The notes under the pieces are model-generated. The model saw only the letters and a program-made list of their open reading frames with translations, was not told the DNA's origin and ran no database searches. Position numbers and translations under genes: made by a program. Of a stretch of 64,000 nt of DNA, positions 37,701 to 46,204 are shown piece after piece. Within the stretch, counting starts at the first letter, position 1. Every line of letters begins with the position of its first letter. Source of the stretch: an uncultured Chloroflexia bacterium (lineage in GTDB: Bacteria; Chloroflexota; Limnocylindria; Limnocylindrales; CSP1-4); contig OY970218.1 of the NCBI GenBank assembly GCA_963713975.1, positions 1,440,001-1,504,000 on the forward strand, in the 5' to 3' direction.

Positions 37701-38161
37701 AGGATCACGGCATGTCCCAGTCGTGACGCGGTCTCTCCCGCCGGGAGGCTGGCGACGCCCTCGGCGAGCGACCACGCACCGTGCCAGGTCTCGATGCCGG
37801 TCAGGGTCGTCGTCGCGGCGATCATCGCCTCTTCGAGCGATCCGCCGCCGCCCACCGTCTCCGCGAATGTGGCAAGGCCGCGGTGCCGCTCCGCCTCCGC
37901 GGCGATGCCACGAGCGACATTCCTGCCCTCGGCCGCCTCTGGACCCACCGGCCGACCGGTGATCGCCGTGGCCAGCCGACCCCAGTCCGCGGCGTACCAG
38001 GACGGCTTGAGGCCGTCGGGCCGCGACGCACCGGCTGGTCGTGAGGGACCGACACCCAGCCGGACGCGTGTCGCGCGCCCCACGCGCCGCACGGCTCCTG
38101 CACGGGTGTCGCTCCGGCGGAGGTCGGCGAGTAGCCGGGCGATCGACCGCCGCCCGCTCAT
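34709..38161 (-). CDS. Multidomain glycan enzyme: polysaccharide pyruvyltransferase-like + GT8 glycosyltransferase + TylF/MycF O-methyltransferase
   Basis: NLGDYVQ/GCRD/TGRLH; RLLLP..VYLDVD..NAGV..DQD..WN..H..KPW; ETGTARGGS..YDVF..GLFQDTL..HLDGDWYES..DDY. Confidence 0.85.
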   Translation of the reverse strand: MSGRRSIARLLADLRRSDTRAGAVRRVGRATRVRLGVGPSRPAGASRPDGLKPSWYAADWGRLATAITGRPVGPEAAEGRNVARGIAAEAERHRGLATFAETVGGGGSLEEAMIAATTTLTGIETWHGAWSLAEGVASLPAGETASRLGHAVILHRRGQLRRSWIHASRLDDATLRHWIPVEAVDGALADGSPEARSRALAIGVPESRMNPATLVDLAGRFLAMGERDAAAASMAELLDRPSAEVDDRRRYARRLIEGWLEPSPREVPAGAVPIGLLAYRTPDPVLASGNLGDYVQTLALLGNIARLGDVTFTGDEGLGEVAAGLGNRVQPALRVPGVAGAVHLLPVDRDFSSAGTVPEGTWLPAFGWHMHPLFDLRYDFPYHPNIRPLFMSFHVNRLDMLSEEALEYLRRYGPVGCRDWTTVYLLLSAGVDAFFTGCLTSTVDALFPERSSAFKGGDTVGVIDQPAKAAGDARRTRSYTHQSDEYRFLPLADGIRAADARLAEYQATLARAVTGRLHAYLPMTSLGVPVDFRTRNPGDIRFAGLAGLAPGDPALVSLRDGIRDLTAAVFGRILSGASEEEVYATWREIAAPKVAEAKGRFAARGTETPTGTDIEAAVRASWARSRRSGPHDAVDPDAVADIVLCFDQNLTSQAPVVVESILEHATMPVRLWILARGLSDAYQEWFCAAFPDLPITFLPCDPITYGLPGRRLRIPYRITVSTMDRLLLPHMLGDVRRVVYLDVDTLVLGDIGELFRLDLGGRPIAARDSNVSEDSEWQRAGRALPEPVATDLRRRMGALHGFGHPALNAGVLVMDLDRLRQDDFTRTYLGWAERYGFHDQDTMLAYAGPARCVLPPRWNALPTLEEVEDPALIHWASFPKPWHAALTFERDRWQAVAARLQARAGLPPGEGAGSPGTLDSPLPVGPALNPVAPAVERTIAAVRSEHLSYLNDVSLRTLAATMAEIEAAGLQGLVIETGTARGGSAIVLAASKAPNRPMRVYDVFGMIPPPSARDDADVHRRYATIVAGESQGIGGETYYGYREDLEGEVTASFARHGLPLDERNVQLVAGLFQDTLIVEEPVALAHLDGDWYESTMTCLERIAPRLVVGGRIVLDDYDTWSGCRTAVHEYFADRPGFRFERRGRLHIVRT

Positions 38162-38280
38162 TGGGCTCTCGACCGCAGGTGCACTGACAACGCTCCTCTC
38201 GCCGCGGCGTCCGGCCGCCGACGAAGTGTAGCGGTGGCAGGATGGACGGGCCGGGTCGCCCGCTGCCGTACCATCCGGCC

Positions 38281-39123
38281 ATGCGCTCGCTCAGGGTTGC
38301 CCTGGTCCAGCTCGAGGCGCGGGACGACGTCGACACCAACATCGACCACGCCGTCAACCTAGCCCGGGAGGCGGCTGCCGACAGCGACCTCGTGGTCCTC
38401 CCCGAGTACATGCAGTACCGGGGCACGGCCGACGGGTGGCGCGCCTCTGCGCGCCCGATCCCGGGCCCCACGACGGACCCGTTCGCGGCGGTCGCACGGG
38501 ACGCGGGCTGCTGGATCCTGGCGGGCACGCGCGCCGAGGTGTCGGGCGACCCGCTCCGTCCCTACAACACGGCAGTCGTCATCGACCCGTCCGGGCGGAT
38601 TGCCGCCCGCTATCGCAAGGTCCACCTGTTCGACGTGGACGTGCCCGACGGACCGCGGACCCTGGAATCGTCGAAGGTCATGCCCGGGGACAAGCTGATC
38701 GCGCTGGATGTCGCGGGGACCCGCCTCGGGCTCTCGGTCTGTTACGACCTCCGGTTCCCGGAGGTGTATCGGGCGCTCGCGCTGGCCGGCGCCGAGGTGC
38801 TCGCGGTGCCCTCCGACTTCAGCGCACGGACCGGCCGTGACCATTGGGAGGTGCTGCTCCGCGCACGGGCGATCGAGAACGGTGCCTGGGTCGTGGCCGC
38901 CGGAACCTGTGGGGCGGGCGGGCCAGGGGCGATCCCCGCCTGGGGCCACTCGATGGTCGTGGATCCCTGGGGCAGGGTCGTGGCGGAGGCCGGGGACGAG
39001 GAGGCGATCATCAGGGCCGAGCTGGACCTCGACCGGGTGGCGGACGTCAGGAGGCAGATCCCCGCGCTCGCCAACGTGCGACCGGACGCGCTCCCACCCG
39101 CGCGGGACGTGCAGGTGGTGTGA
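38281..39123 (+). CDS. Carbon-nitrogen hydrolase (Nit1/deaminated glutathione amidase-like)
   Basis: LPEY, YRKVHLFD, VCYDLRFPE triad; HWEVLLRARAIEN; GHSMVVDPWG. Confidence 0.9.
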   Translation: MRSLRVALVQLEARDDVDTNIDHAVNLAREAAADSDLVVLPEYMQYRGTADGWRASARPIPGPTTDPFAAVARDAGCWILAGTRAEVSGDPLRPYNTAVVIDPSGRIAARYRKVHLFDVDVPDGPRTLESSKVMPGDKLIALDVAGTRLGLSVCYDLRFPEVYRALALAGAEVLAVPSDFSARTGRDHWEVLLRARAIENGAWVVAAGTCGAGGPGAIPAWGHSMVVDPWGRVVAEAGDEEAIIRAELDLDRVADVRRQIPALANVRPDALPPARDVQVV

Positions 39124-39563
39124 TGCGCTCCATGGTGATCACCGTGGCGGTGGCAACGGTCGTCGCCGCCTGTGGCTCGCAAGAGCCCGCACCGCCGGAC
39201 GGCGCCGTCCAGCGCAGCTCCGCATTCCTCGCACGTCACCAGCCGATGAGCGGCGGCCCGGCCGCGATCGTCCTCGGAACGCTCGTCGAGCGGGACGGGT
39301 GCCTGCTGATCGACGGGCCGGATGGGGTGGCGCTGGCGCTCTGGCCCCCGGATGCCTCTGCGTGGGTCATCGACGGCGTCACGACCATCGTTGACGGCCG
39401 TGGCCGACCGGCGGTCGCGGTGGGCGGCGAGGCGTCGTTCGGCGGCGGATACGACTACCCGCTCGACTGGGCCGAGGCTCAGGCCGGGCCCATCCCGGAG
39501 CACTGTCGCACGACCACGTACCTGCTCATCAACGACCTCGACCGCATCGAGGTCCAGCAGTAG
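39123..39563 (+). CDS. Small lipoprotein, unknown function
   Basis: VAAC lipobox; GTLVERDGCL..LWP..GGG..C pattern; start overlaps upstream stop. Confidence 0.7.
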   Translation: MRSMVITVAVATVVAACGSQEPAPPDGAVQRSSAFLARHQPMSGGPAAIVLGTLVERDGCLLIDGPDGVALALWPPDASAWVIDGVTTIVDGRGRPAVAVGGEASFGGGYDYPLDWAEAQAGPIPEHCRTTTYLLINDLDRIEVQQ

Positions 39564-39668
39564 CGGGCAGCGGCGCCATCGACCCGGCACGCGGGCGGAA
39601 GTGTGCGCGGGCGGATGAGCGGCCCTTGTTGGGGTCGGGCGGGAGGCTTGCTCGCGAACCCGAGCCAC

Positions 39669-39735
39669 TTGCGACCTGGCCCGCGGAGGCGCACAATTGG
39701 ATCTGCACATCTACCCACGACTGAGCATTTGCTCA
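39669..39735 (+). promoter_or_regulatory. Promoter (TTGCGA-N17-CACAAT) and palindromic operator TGAGCATTTGCTCA
   Basis: -35 39669-39674, -10 39692-39697; palindrome 39722-39735; degenerate copy TGCACATCTACCCA 39704-39717. Confidence 0.65.
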
Positions 39736-39751
39736 CGGGTCTGGTGGAACG

Positions 39752-40744
39752 ATGCCGTCGCTCGATGAACTTGGCCAGGACGAGTTCGAGCTGCTGGCCC
39801 GATTGGCCCTCGGCTACTACGAGGACGGCCTGACCCAGGTGGACCTTGCGCGCAGGTTTGGCCTCTCGAGGCCGAAGGTGCAGCGCCTGCTCGATCGGGC
39901 CAGGACCACGGGTGTCGTGGACATCCGGATCTCGACGCCGCCCTGGCTGCACGTGGACCTCGAGCGGGAGCTCCGGGAGCTGTTCGGGCTCGTGGAGGTG
40001 ATCATCGCCCCGGAACGGGCGGAGCCCCAGGCGCAGCGCGAGGCCGTGGCCCGCGGCGCCGCGCGCTACCTCGAGCGCCGACTCGACGACGGCGTCGTCG
40101 TGGCCGTGGGTCACGGCCGCGACACGGGCGAGGTGCCCCGATTCTTCGGTCCGTCACGGCGGATCGAAGCGACGTTCGTGAGCGCCATGGGCGGCTCCAG
40201 CCTCGCGGACGCGCCAACCAACCCCAACGAGATCGCACGGCGCCTTGCGGATCGCTGTCGCGGGCAGGCGGTGGGGCTCTACGCACCCGCCTACGTCGAG
40301 AGCGCCCGCATGCGTGACCAGCTGCTGCGGCAGCCCGCCGTCTCGCGGCCGCTGGGGATCGCCGCCGGCGCGGCGATCGCCCTGGTGGGCATCGGCGGCA
40401 CCGACGACGACTGCACGATGGTGCGCAGTGGGTGCGTCTCGATCGACGAGATCCGTCGCCTCCGGGAGGCGGGTGCCGTGGGCGATGTCCTGGGCAACTA
40501 CGTCGACGTCCACGGGCGGCTGCTCGAGTCGCCCGACACGGCCCGCCTCGTGGGTCTCGGGCTCGACGAGCTGCGCGCCATCGACACCGTCGTGGTCGTG
40601 GTCAGCGAGGACGAGAAGCCGTTCGCGATCCTCGGGGTCCTGCGGACCGCCATCGTCGACGTGCTCGTCCTCGACGAGGGCAACGCTCGCTTCGTCCTGG
40701 AGATGGCGCGGGGAATCACAGTGCGTCCCAGCACGGAGGTGTGA
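39752..40744 (+). CDS. SorC/DeoR-type sugar-binding transcriptional regulator
   Basis: YYEDGLTQVDLARRFGLSRPKVQRLL HTH; GHGRDT, ALVGIG, GAVGDVLG. Confidence 0.92.
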   Translation: MPSLDELGQDEFELLARLALGYYEDGLTQVDLARRFGLSRPKVQRLLDRARTTGVVDIRISTPPWLHVDLERELRELFGLVEVIIAPERAEPQAQREAVARGAARYLERRLDDGVVVAVGHGRDTGEVPRFFGPSRRIEATFVSAMGGSSLADAPTNPNEIARRLADRCRGQAVGLYAPAYVESARMRDQLLRQPAVSRPLGIAAGAAIALVGIGGTDDDCTMVRSGCVSIDEIRRLREAGAVGDVLGNYVDVHGRLLESPDTARLVGLGLDELRAIDTVVVVVSEDEKPFAILGVLRTAIVDVLVLDEGNARFVLEMARGITVRPSTEV

Positions 40745-40745
40745 G

Positions 40746-41597
40746 GTGTCGGTCGTCCCGACCCAGGAGATCCTCAGGCACGCGGTCGACGAGCGGTACG
40801 GCGTCGCCGCGATCAACGTCGTCAACGACCTGACCATGGAGGCGGTCCTCGCGGCCGCGGAGGAGCTCAAGGCGCCACTGATCGTCCAGACGTCGGTCAA
40901 GCACGTCCAGCTGACCGGCGTGGACGTGATGTTCGCGATGTGGACCGAGATGACCAAGGACCTCTCGGTTCCGGTCGCGCTCCATCTCGACCATTGCCCG
41001 GACCGCGCCGTCATCTCGGCCTGCCTCGCGGCCGGCTGGAACTCGGTGCTGTTCGACGCCTCGAGCCTGACCGTCGAGGAGAACCAGCGCCAGTGCATCG
41101 AGGTCGTCGCCGAGGCGAAGCGCTATGGAGCCGCGGTTGAGGGCGAGATCGAGGGCTTCAAGCGCACGGAGGAGATGACCGGCGACGAGGCGCAGCAGGT
41201 CCAGAGCCTGCAGACGGTCGTGGACTTCATCGAGGCGACCGGCGTGGACGTCTTCGCGCCGGCCATCGGCAACGCCCACGGAACCTACAAGACGGCGCCC
41301 CACCTCGACTCCCAGCGGGTGACCGACATCGTCGAGGCCACCGGCATCCCGGTCGCGCTCCACGGCGGCACCGGGATGTCCACCGAGCAGTTCCAGGACC
41401 TGATCGGCCGGGGCTGCGCCAAGGTCAACATCTCGACGGCGCTCAAGATCGCGTTCATGCAATCGGGCTACGACTTCATGACGGAGAACCCCGGCAAGTA
41501 CGACCCACCGTCCATCTTCAAGGCCCAGCGCGCGGCCGTGAAGGACATGGCCGCCGACCACATCGGCCGGTTCGGCAGCGCCGGAAAGGCGTGGTAG
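40746..41597 (+). CDS. Class II fructose/ketose-bisphosphate aldolase
   Basis: ALHLDH, SVLFDAS, VEGE, AIGNAHG, LHGGTG, KVNIST. Confidence 0.92.
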   Translation: MSVVPTQEILRHAVDERYGVAAINVVNDLTMEAVLAAAEELKAPLIVQTSVKHVQLTGVDVMFAMWTEMTKDLSVPVALHLDHCPDRAVISACLAAGWNSVLFDASSLTVEENQRQCIEVVAEAKRYGAAVEGEIEGFKRTEEMTGDEAQQVQSLQTVVDFIEATGVDVFAPAIGNAHGTYKTAPHLDSQRVTDIVEATGIPVALHGGTGMSTEQFQDLIGRGCAKVNISTALKIAFMQSGYDFMTENPGKYDPPSIFKAQRAAVKDMAADHIGRFGSAGKAW

Positions 41598-41600
41598 GCC

Positions 41601-42374
41601 GTGGCCACGCTCATCTTCGACTGCGACGGCGTGCTCGCCGACACCGAGCGCTACGGTCACCTGCCGGCGTTCAACCAGACCTTCGAGGAGTTCGGGCTGC
41701 CGTTCCGCTGGTCCGAGGAGGAGTACGGCCGGAAGCTCGCGATCGGCGGGGGCAAGGAGCGGATGAGCTCCATGCTCACGCCCGACGTCATCCGGGCCGC
41801 CGGGCTGCCCGATGACCCGGAGGCGCTCGCCGGCGAGGTCGCGAAGTGGCACAAGCGCAAGACCGCCATCTACACCGAGCTGGTGGCGGCGGGGACGATG
41901 CCCCCGCGGCCCGGGATCAGCCGCCTCATCGGCGAGGCGCAGGACGCCGGGTGGACCCTGGCGGTGGCCTCCACGTCGGCCGAGCCGGCCGTGCGCGCGA
42001 TCCTCGGCTACGCCGTGGGCGAGGAGCGGGCCGGCCGGTTCGACCTCGTGCTCGCGGGCGACGTCGTCCCGAACAAGAAGCCCGATCCCGCGATCTACCT
42101 GCTCGCACTCGAGCGACTGGCCGTCTCGCCGGCCGATGTGCTCGTGGTGGAGGACTCCCGCAACGGCCTGCTCGCCGCGGTTGGCGCGGGCCTGCGGTGC
42201 CTGATGACCGTCAACGGCTACACGGAGGAGGAGGACAGCAGCGAAGCAATCCTGGTGGTGTCGTCACTTGGAGAACCCGATGGCGAGCGGACGCGGGTGA
42301 TCGCGAACCGCAGCAAGGCATCGCCGGGCACCCACGTCACGCTCGCGGACCTCGAGGCCGTCCTGGCTTCGTGA
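41601..42374 (+). CDS. CbbY-like HAD phosphatase
   Basis: FDCDGVLADTE..GH..AFN, IGGGKER, KKPDPAIY, VEDSRNG. Confidence 0.88.
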   Translation: MATLIFDCDGVLADTERYGHLPAFNQTFEEFGLPFRWSEEEYGRKLAIGGGKERMSSMLTPDVIRAAGLPDDPEALAGEVAKWHKRKTAIYTELVAAGTMPPRPGISRLIGEAQDAGWTLAVASTSAEPAVRAILGYAVGEERAGRFDLVLAGDVVPNKKPDPAIYLLALERLAVSPADVLVVEDSRNGLLAAVGAGLRCLMTVNGYTEEEDSSEAILVVSSLGEPDGERTRVIANRSKASPGTHVTLADLEAVLAS

Positions 42375-42413
42375 CGCGGCGGCAGGAGGCTCAACCCTCG
42401 AAAGGAGGTTGGG

Positions 42414-43073
42414 ATGGCAGCGTCATCCCTCGACGATCTCGACCTCGTCGTCATGACGATGGCCGGCACGATCGTCGACAACGCGGACTACTTCGCCCAG
42501 CTCGATTCGATCGTGGGCGACGGCGATTTCGGGTACTCGCTGCGCAGCGGCTGGGAGGTGGTCCTCGCGGACTACGACTCCTGGGACAAGCCCAACGCGG
42601 GCGCCGTCCACAAGAAGATCGGGCTCACGCTCGCCGCCAAGGTCGGTGGGGTCAGTGGCCCGATGTGGGGCACGGCGTTCCTGCGGGCCGGGGCGACGGC
42701 AGGCGACCAGGACCTGACGCCCGACCTGATGATCGCGATGCTGCGCGCGGCGATCGCCGGGATCATGCAGCGCGGCGGGGCCTCTCTCGGCGACAAGACG
42801 CTCCTTGATGCCCTCTCTCCGGCGACCGACAGCCTCGAGGAGAGCTTCAAGGACCCGGCGACGCTCGAGGACCGCGGCGTGGCCGCGATCCAGCGCGCCG
42901 CGGACGTGGCGGTCAAGGCCGCCGAGGACACCAAGGGCATGCTCGCGCTCCGCGGACGGGCGGCCTACACGGGCGACAGGAGCCGGGACTCGGTGGACGC
43001 CGGCGCCACCGCAATCGGGGTGATCCTCCAGGCCGTCGCGGCGGCGTGGCGGGATCGGTACGGCAAGCAGTAG
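42414..43073 (+). CDS. dhaL: Dihydroxyacetone kinase subunit L (DAK2)
   Basis: LDSIVGDGDFG, GGVSGPMWG, RGGASLGDKTLLDAL, GRAAYTG, DAGA. Confidence 0.92.
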   Translation: MAASSLDDLDLVVMTMAGTIVDNADYFAQLDSIVGDGDFGYSLRSGWEVVLADYDSWDKPNAGAVHKKIGLTLAAKVGGVSGPMWGTAFLRAGATAGDQDLTPDLMIAMLRAAIAGIMQRGGASLGDKTLLDALSPATDSLEESFKDPATLEDRGVAAIQRAADVAVKAAEDTKGMLALRGRAAYTGDRSRDSVDAGATAIGVILQAVAAAWRDRYGKQ

Positions 43074-43085
43074 AGGGACCGCAAC

Positions 43086-44081
43086 GTGAAGAAGTTCGTC
43101 AACGACCCCAAGCAGTTCGTGCCCGAGTTCCTCGAGGGCATCATGCTCGCCAGCGGCGGCACGCTGAAGTACGAGCCGAAGTACAACCTCATCTACCGGG
43201 CGGACATGCCCAAGCCGGACCGGGTGTCGATCATCCAGGGCTCGGGCTCGGGACATGAGCCGGCGCACACGATGATCGTCGGGCCGGGCATGCTCGACGC
43301 GGCCTGCCCGGGTGACGTGTTCGCGGGTCCGCCCGTCGAGTTCGTCACCGAGACGTCCAAGCTGATGGACTCGCCGGCGGGCGTGCTCTACCTCGTCAAC
43401 AACTACACCGGCGACCGCACCGCGTGGGAGATGGCCCGCGAGATGTGCGAGGCCGAGGGCCAGAAGATCGGCTGGCTGCTCGTCAACGACGACGTGGCGG
43501 TCAAGGACTCCACCTGGACCGTCGGGCGCCGGGGCGTCGCCGGCAACTTCTTCGTCATCAAGGCAGCGGCCGCGATGGCGGACAAGGGCGGCTCGCTCGA
43601 GGAGTGCGTGCGCGTCGGCGAGAAGGTCATCGCCCAGGTCCGCACGATGGGCATCGCACTCTCGTCCTGTACACCGCCGGTGCGCGGAACGCCGCTGTTC
43701 GACATCGGCGACGACGAGATGGAGGTCGGCATCGGCATCCACGGCGAGCCGGGCCGGCAGCGGACGAAGGTGGTCCCCGCCAACGAGATCGTGGACCTCC
43801 TGCTGGACGCCATCGTCCCGGACCTGCCGTTCGTGGACGGTGACGAGGTCGCGCTGATGGTCAACGGCCTCGGAGGCACGCCGGTCAGCGAGCTCTACCT
43901 GCTCTACGGCATCGCACACAAGAAGCTCGCAGACAAGGGGATCAGGGTCTTCCGGAGCTATGTCGGCGAGTACTGCACCTCGCTCGAGATGGCGGGCGCC
44001 CACATCTCGCTGCTGAAGGTCGACGAGGAGCTCAAGGAGCTGCTCCTGGCCCCCGCGGAGGTCGCGTACCGCGTGTTCTGA
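43086..44081 (+). CDS. dhaK: Dihydroxyacetone kinase subunit K (DAK1)
   Basis: MKKFVNDP, GSGHEP, NYTGD, GRRGVAG, GIGIHGEPG, NGLGGTP, TSLEMAG. Confidence 0.94.
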   Translation: MKKFVNDPKQFVPEFLEGIMLASGGTLKYEPKYNLIYRADMPKPDRVSIIQGSGSGHEPAHTMIVGPGMLDAACPGDVFAGPPVEFVTETSKLMDSPAGVLYLVNNYTGDRTAWEMAREMCEAEGQKIGWLLVNDDVAVKDSTWTVGRRGVAGNFFVIKAAAAMADKGGSLEECVRVGEKVIAQVRTMGIALSSCTPPVRGTPLFDIGDDEMEVGIGIHGEPGRQRTKVVPANEIVDLLLDAIVPDLPFVDGDEVALMVNGLGGTPVSELYLLYGIAHKKLADKGIRVFRSYVGEYCTSLEMAGAHISLLKVDEELKELLLAPAEVAYRVF

Positions 44082-44102
44082 CCCCTCGCCAGCCCACAGG
44101 AC

Positions 44103-44135
44103 CCGAGACGCCCGGCCTCGCGCCGGGCGTCTCGG
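44103..44135. terminator. Hairpin between convergent genes (probable bidirectional terminator)
   Basis: Perfect 14-bp stem ccgagacgcccggc/gccgggcgtctcgg, 5-nt loop; no U-tract. Confidence 0.7.
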
Positions 44136-44139
44136 CGTC

Positions 44140-45174
44140 TCAGGCGGCGTCGCGCCGGGCGCGCAGGACTCGGTGCGTGAACGGGATCCGGAATTCGCGG
44201 AACACCTCGACCGAAACGAGCGTGCCGGCGAACAGGAAGATCACCCCCAGGAGCTCGCCCAGGTAGAAGGTCTCCGTGAGGCCGAAGCGGGAGAGACCGC
44301 TCGTGACCGACGGGATGAACCCGCCGATCGCCAGCAGGATCGTCGCCGGGACCCGGCTGTTGAGCTTGCCGGCGAACAGGTCCCGGATCGTGGCGGGCAG
44401 AGAGGCGACGAGGTTCACCGTGATCGCCACCGGCGCGATCGCCAGGTTCACGAGGAACCGGCCGAGCCCCCGGGTGCGGCTGAGGTCGTAACGGATGAGG
44501 CGCTTCTTGGGCATGAACACGTAGGTGCTGTAGAGGGCACCGAACGCGAGCGCGAAGCCGCCGGTGATGTTGAACAGCGGGGTCAGCAGGCGGGCGAAGC
44601 CGGGCATCGCATCGCCGGTCGGGATCCCGCTCGCGTCCAGCGCGTAGCCGGGCGCCGCGAGGGGGGCGAGCATGACCAGCGGGATGGCGAGGACGGATCC
44701 GCCGACGATCAGGGTTCCGGCCAGGGGAGCCCACCGCCCCGCGGGGCGATACGTTGCGACGGCGATCGCCACGGCCGCGACCAGCCCCAGGAGCGGGTAC
44801 AGGTACTGGGTCCCGGCCGCGTCCGGGTAGTCGTACCTGAGCCACGACAGGTAGGTGAACAGCCCTGCCAGCACGAAGCTGATCGCCGCCCCATACCCGA
44901 ACCGCGTCTTGCCCAGCAGGTACATCGTCCCGAGACCCAGCCACGCGGCAACGTAGACCGCGCCGATCAGGTACCAGGTGCGATACAAGGGCTCGCTCCA
45001 GCCGAACGCGCCACCCCAGAACTCCGTGCCGGCGGAGATGCCGTACCAGACCATGCCGATCGTCCAGATCAGCTGGTAGGGCCGGCGCCGCTCCAGCCAC
45101 TGGTCGAGCAGAAACAGCGCGAACACGAAGCTCAGCGTCGAGCTCAGGAACGGCAGGAAGACGTTGGCTTCCAC
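44140..45174 (-). CDS. Uncharacterised multi-pass membrane protein (paralog of 9291-10382)
   Basis: DQWLERR..QLIW..GMVWYGI, YRTWYL.GA..AAWLGLGT, YVFMPKKR, SRVPATIL, EVFREFRIPFT; GAGGTG RBS. Confidence 0.85.
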   Translation of the reverse strand: MEANVFLPFLSSTLSFVFALFLLDQWLERRRPYQLIWTIGMVWYGISAGTEFWGGAFGWSEPLYRTWYLIGAVYVAAWLGLGTMYLLGKTRFGYGAAISFVLAGLFTYLSWLRYDYPDAAGTQYLYPLLGLVAAVAIAVATYRPAGRWAPLAGTLIVGGSVLAIPLVMLAPLAAPGYALDASGIPTGDAMPGFARLLTPLFNITGGFALAFGALYSTYVFMPKKRLIRYDLSRTRGLGRFLVNLAIAPVAITVNLVASLPATIRDLFAGKLNSRVPATILLAIGGFIPSVTSGLSRFGLTETFYLGELLGVIFLFAGTLVSVEVFREFRIPFTHRVLRARRDAA

Positions 45175-45323
45175 GCGGGTGACACCTCGAGCGAGCCGGG
45201 GTCCTCGACCGGCCCCCAGAGGGTATCGACTTTGGGACGTCCCGAAATGGGCACGCCGTCGGATAAGCCCGGGTGAAGTCCGGCATGGCCGCCCGGTGAG
45301 TGGGCGGCGCCATCCTGCGGCGC

Positions 45324-46022
45324 ATGAACGACACCGACAAGCGACGGGCCAAGCGTCGGCGGAAGGCGGGCAAGTCCTACCGGACGACGGACCTGGGTAA
45401 CGGCGTGGTCCAAGCCACACCGGAGGCCGTGCTCCGGGCCATGGGCGGACTGCCGCCGGATCTCGAGTGGCCGGTCATGGCGCCGAACGTCATCCCGATT
45501 CTTCCCCGCCGCCGGCCGATGCCGCCGCAGGCCGGCGAGCCGTTCCGGGTGACGCTGCCTCCCGGTATCCCAACCGGCTTCGGGATCGATATCGGCCCGG
45601 CCTTCCTGGTGGTCGGCGAATCGCTGCTGGGCACGTGGCCGATCGGACCCGCAGACCTGGTCGCGACCGCGCTCGACAACCTTCGTGCCCGGATGCACCA
45701 GGTCAGGCCGCGCGACCTGGTGCGCCAGGACCTGGACGGCGTCCCGGTGCGGGTCCTCCAGTCCGGGCTCGGGTGCGCGTCCGCCCTGGTGCTGGTGCCG
45801 GACGAGCTGCGGCGGATCTTTGGAGCGGACCCCCAGTGTCTGATCGCACCGATGCGGGACATCCTGATCTCGCTGCCGCCCGACGTGGATCGAGCGTTCC
45901 TGGCCTGGATCAACGACGAGTTCGCCGAGATGGACCCCAACGGCCTTGCGCTGGACGCCTTCACGCTTTACGGCGGCGAGCTCCGCTACGAGGCGTTGCG
46001 ATCGCCGATGCGCATGTCCTGA
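45324..46022 (+). CDS. Hypothetical protein, possibly DUF1444-like
   Basis: Coding-like ORF; W...DLVATALDNLR and IAPMRDILI recall DUF1444-type proteins (weak). Confidence 0.55.
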   Translation: MNDTDKRRAKRRRKAGKSYRTTDLGNGVVQATPEAVLRAMGGLPPDLEWPVMAPNVIPILPRRRPMPPQAGEPFRVTLPPGIPTGFGIDIGPAFLVVGESLLGTWPIGPADLVATALDNLRARMHQVRPRDLVRQDLDGVPVRVLQSGLGCASALVLVPDELRRIFGADPQCLIAPMRDILISLPPDVDRAFLAWINDEFAEMDPNGLALDAFTLYGGELRYEALRSPMRMS

Positions 46023-46204
46023 CGCGGTCGACGGCGGAGACCCCCGACCGCGGGCTCGTCGGACGACCGTGAACTACCCGTGGTGACCACGGGTCCCGTT
46101 GCCGTGGCGGTCGGCTGGGCCGCCGGCGCCTCGCGTACCCTTGGCCTCGTCGGGCCCGGTCGGCGGGCAGCGTGGAGAACGCGCAGATGAGGGCATACCT
46201 GGCG

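Noticed and set aside
41601-42374. Calvin cycle locus because of CbbY and aldolase
   Set aside because: No RuBisCO or phosphoribulokinase in the window; the context is a sugar-regulated Dha kinase operon
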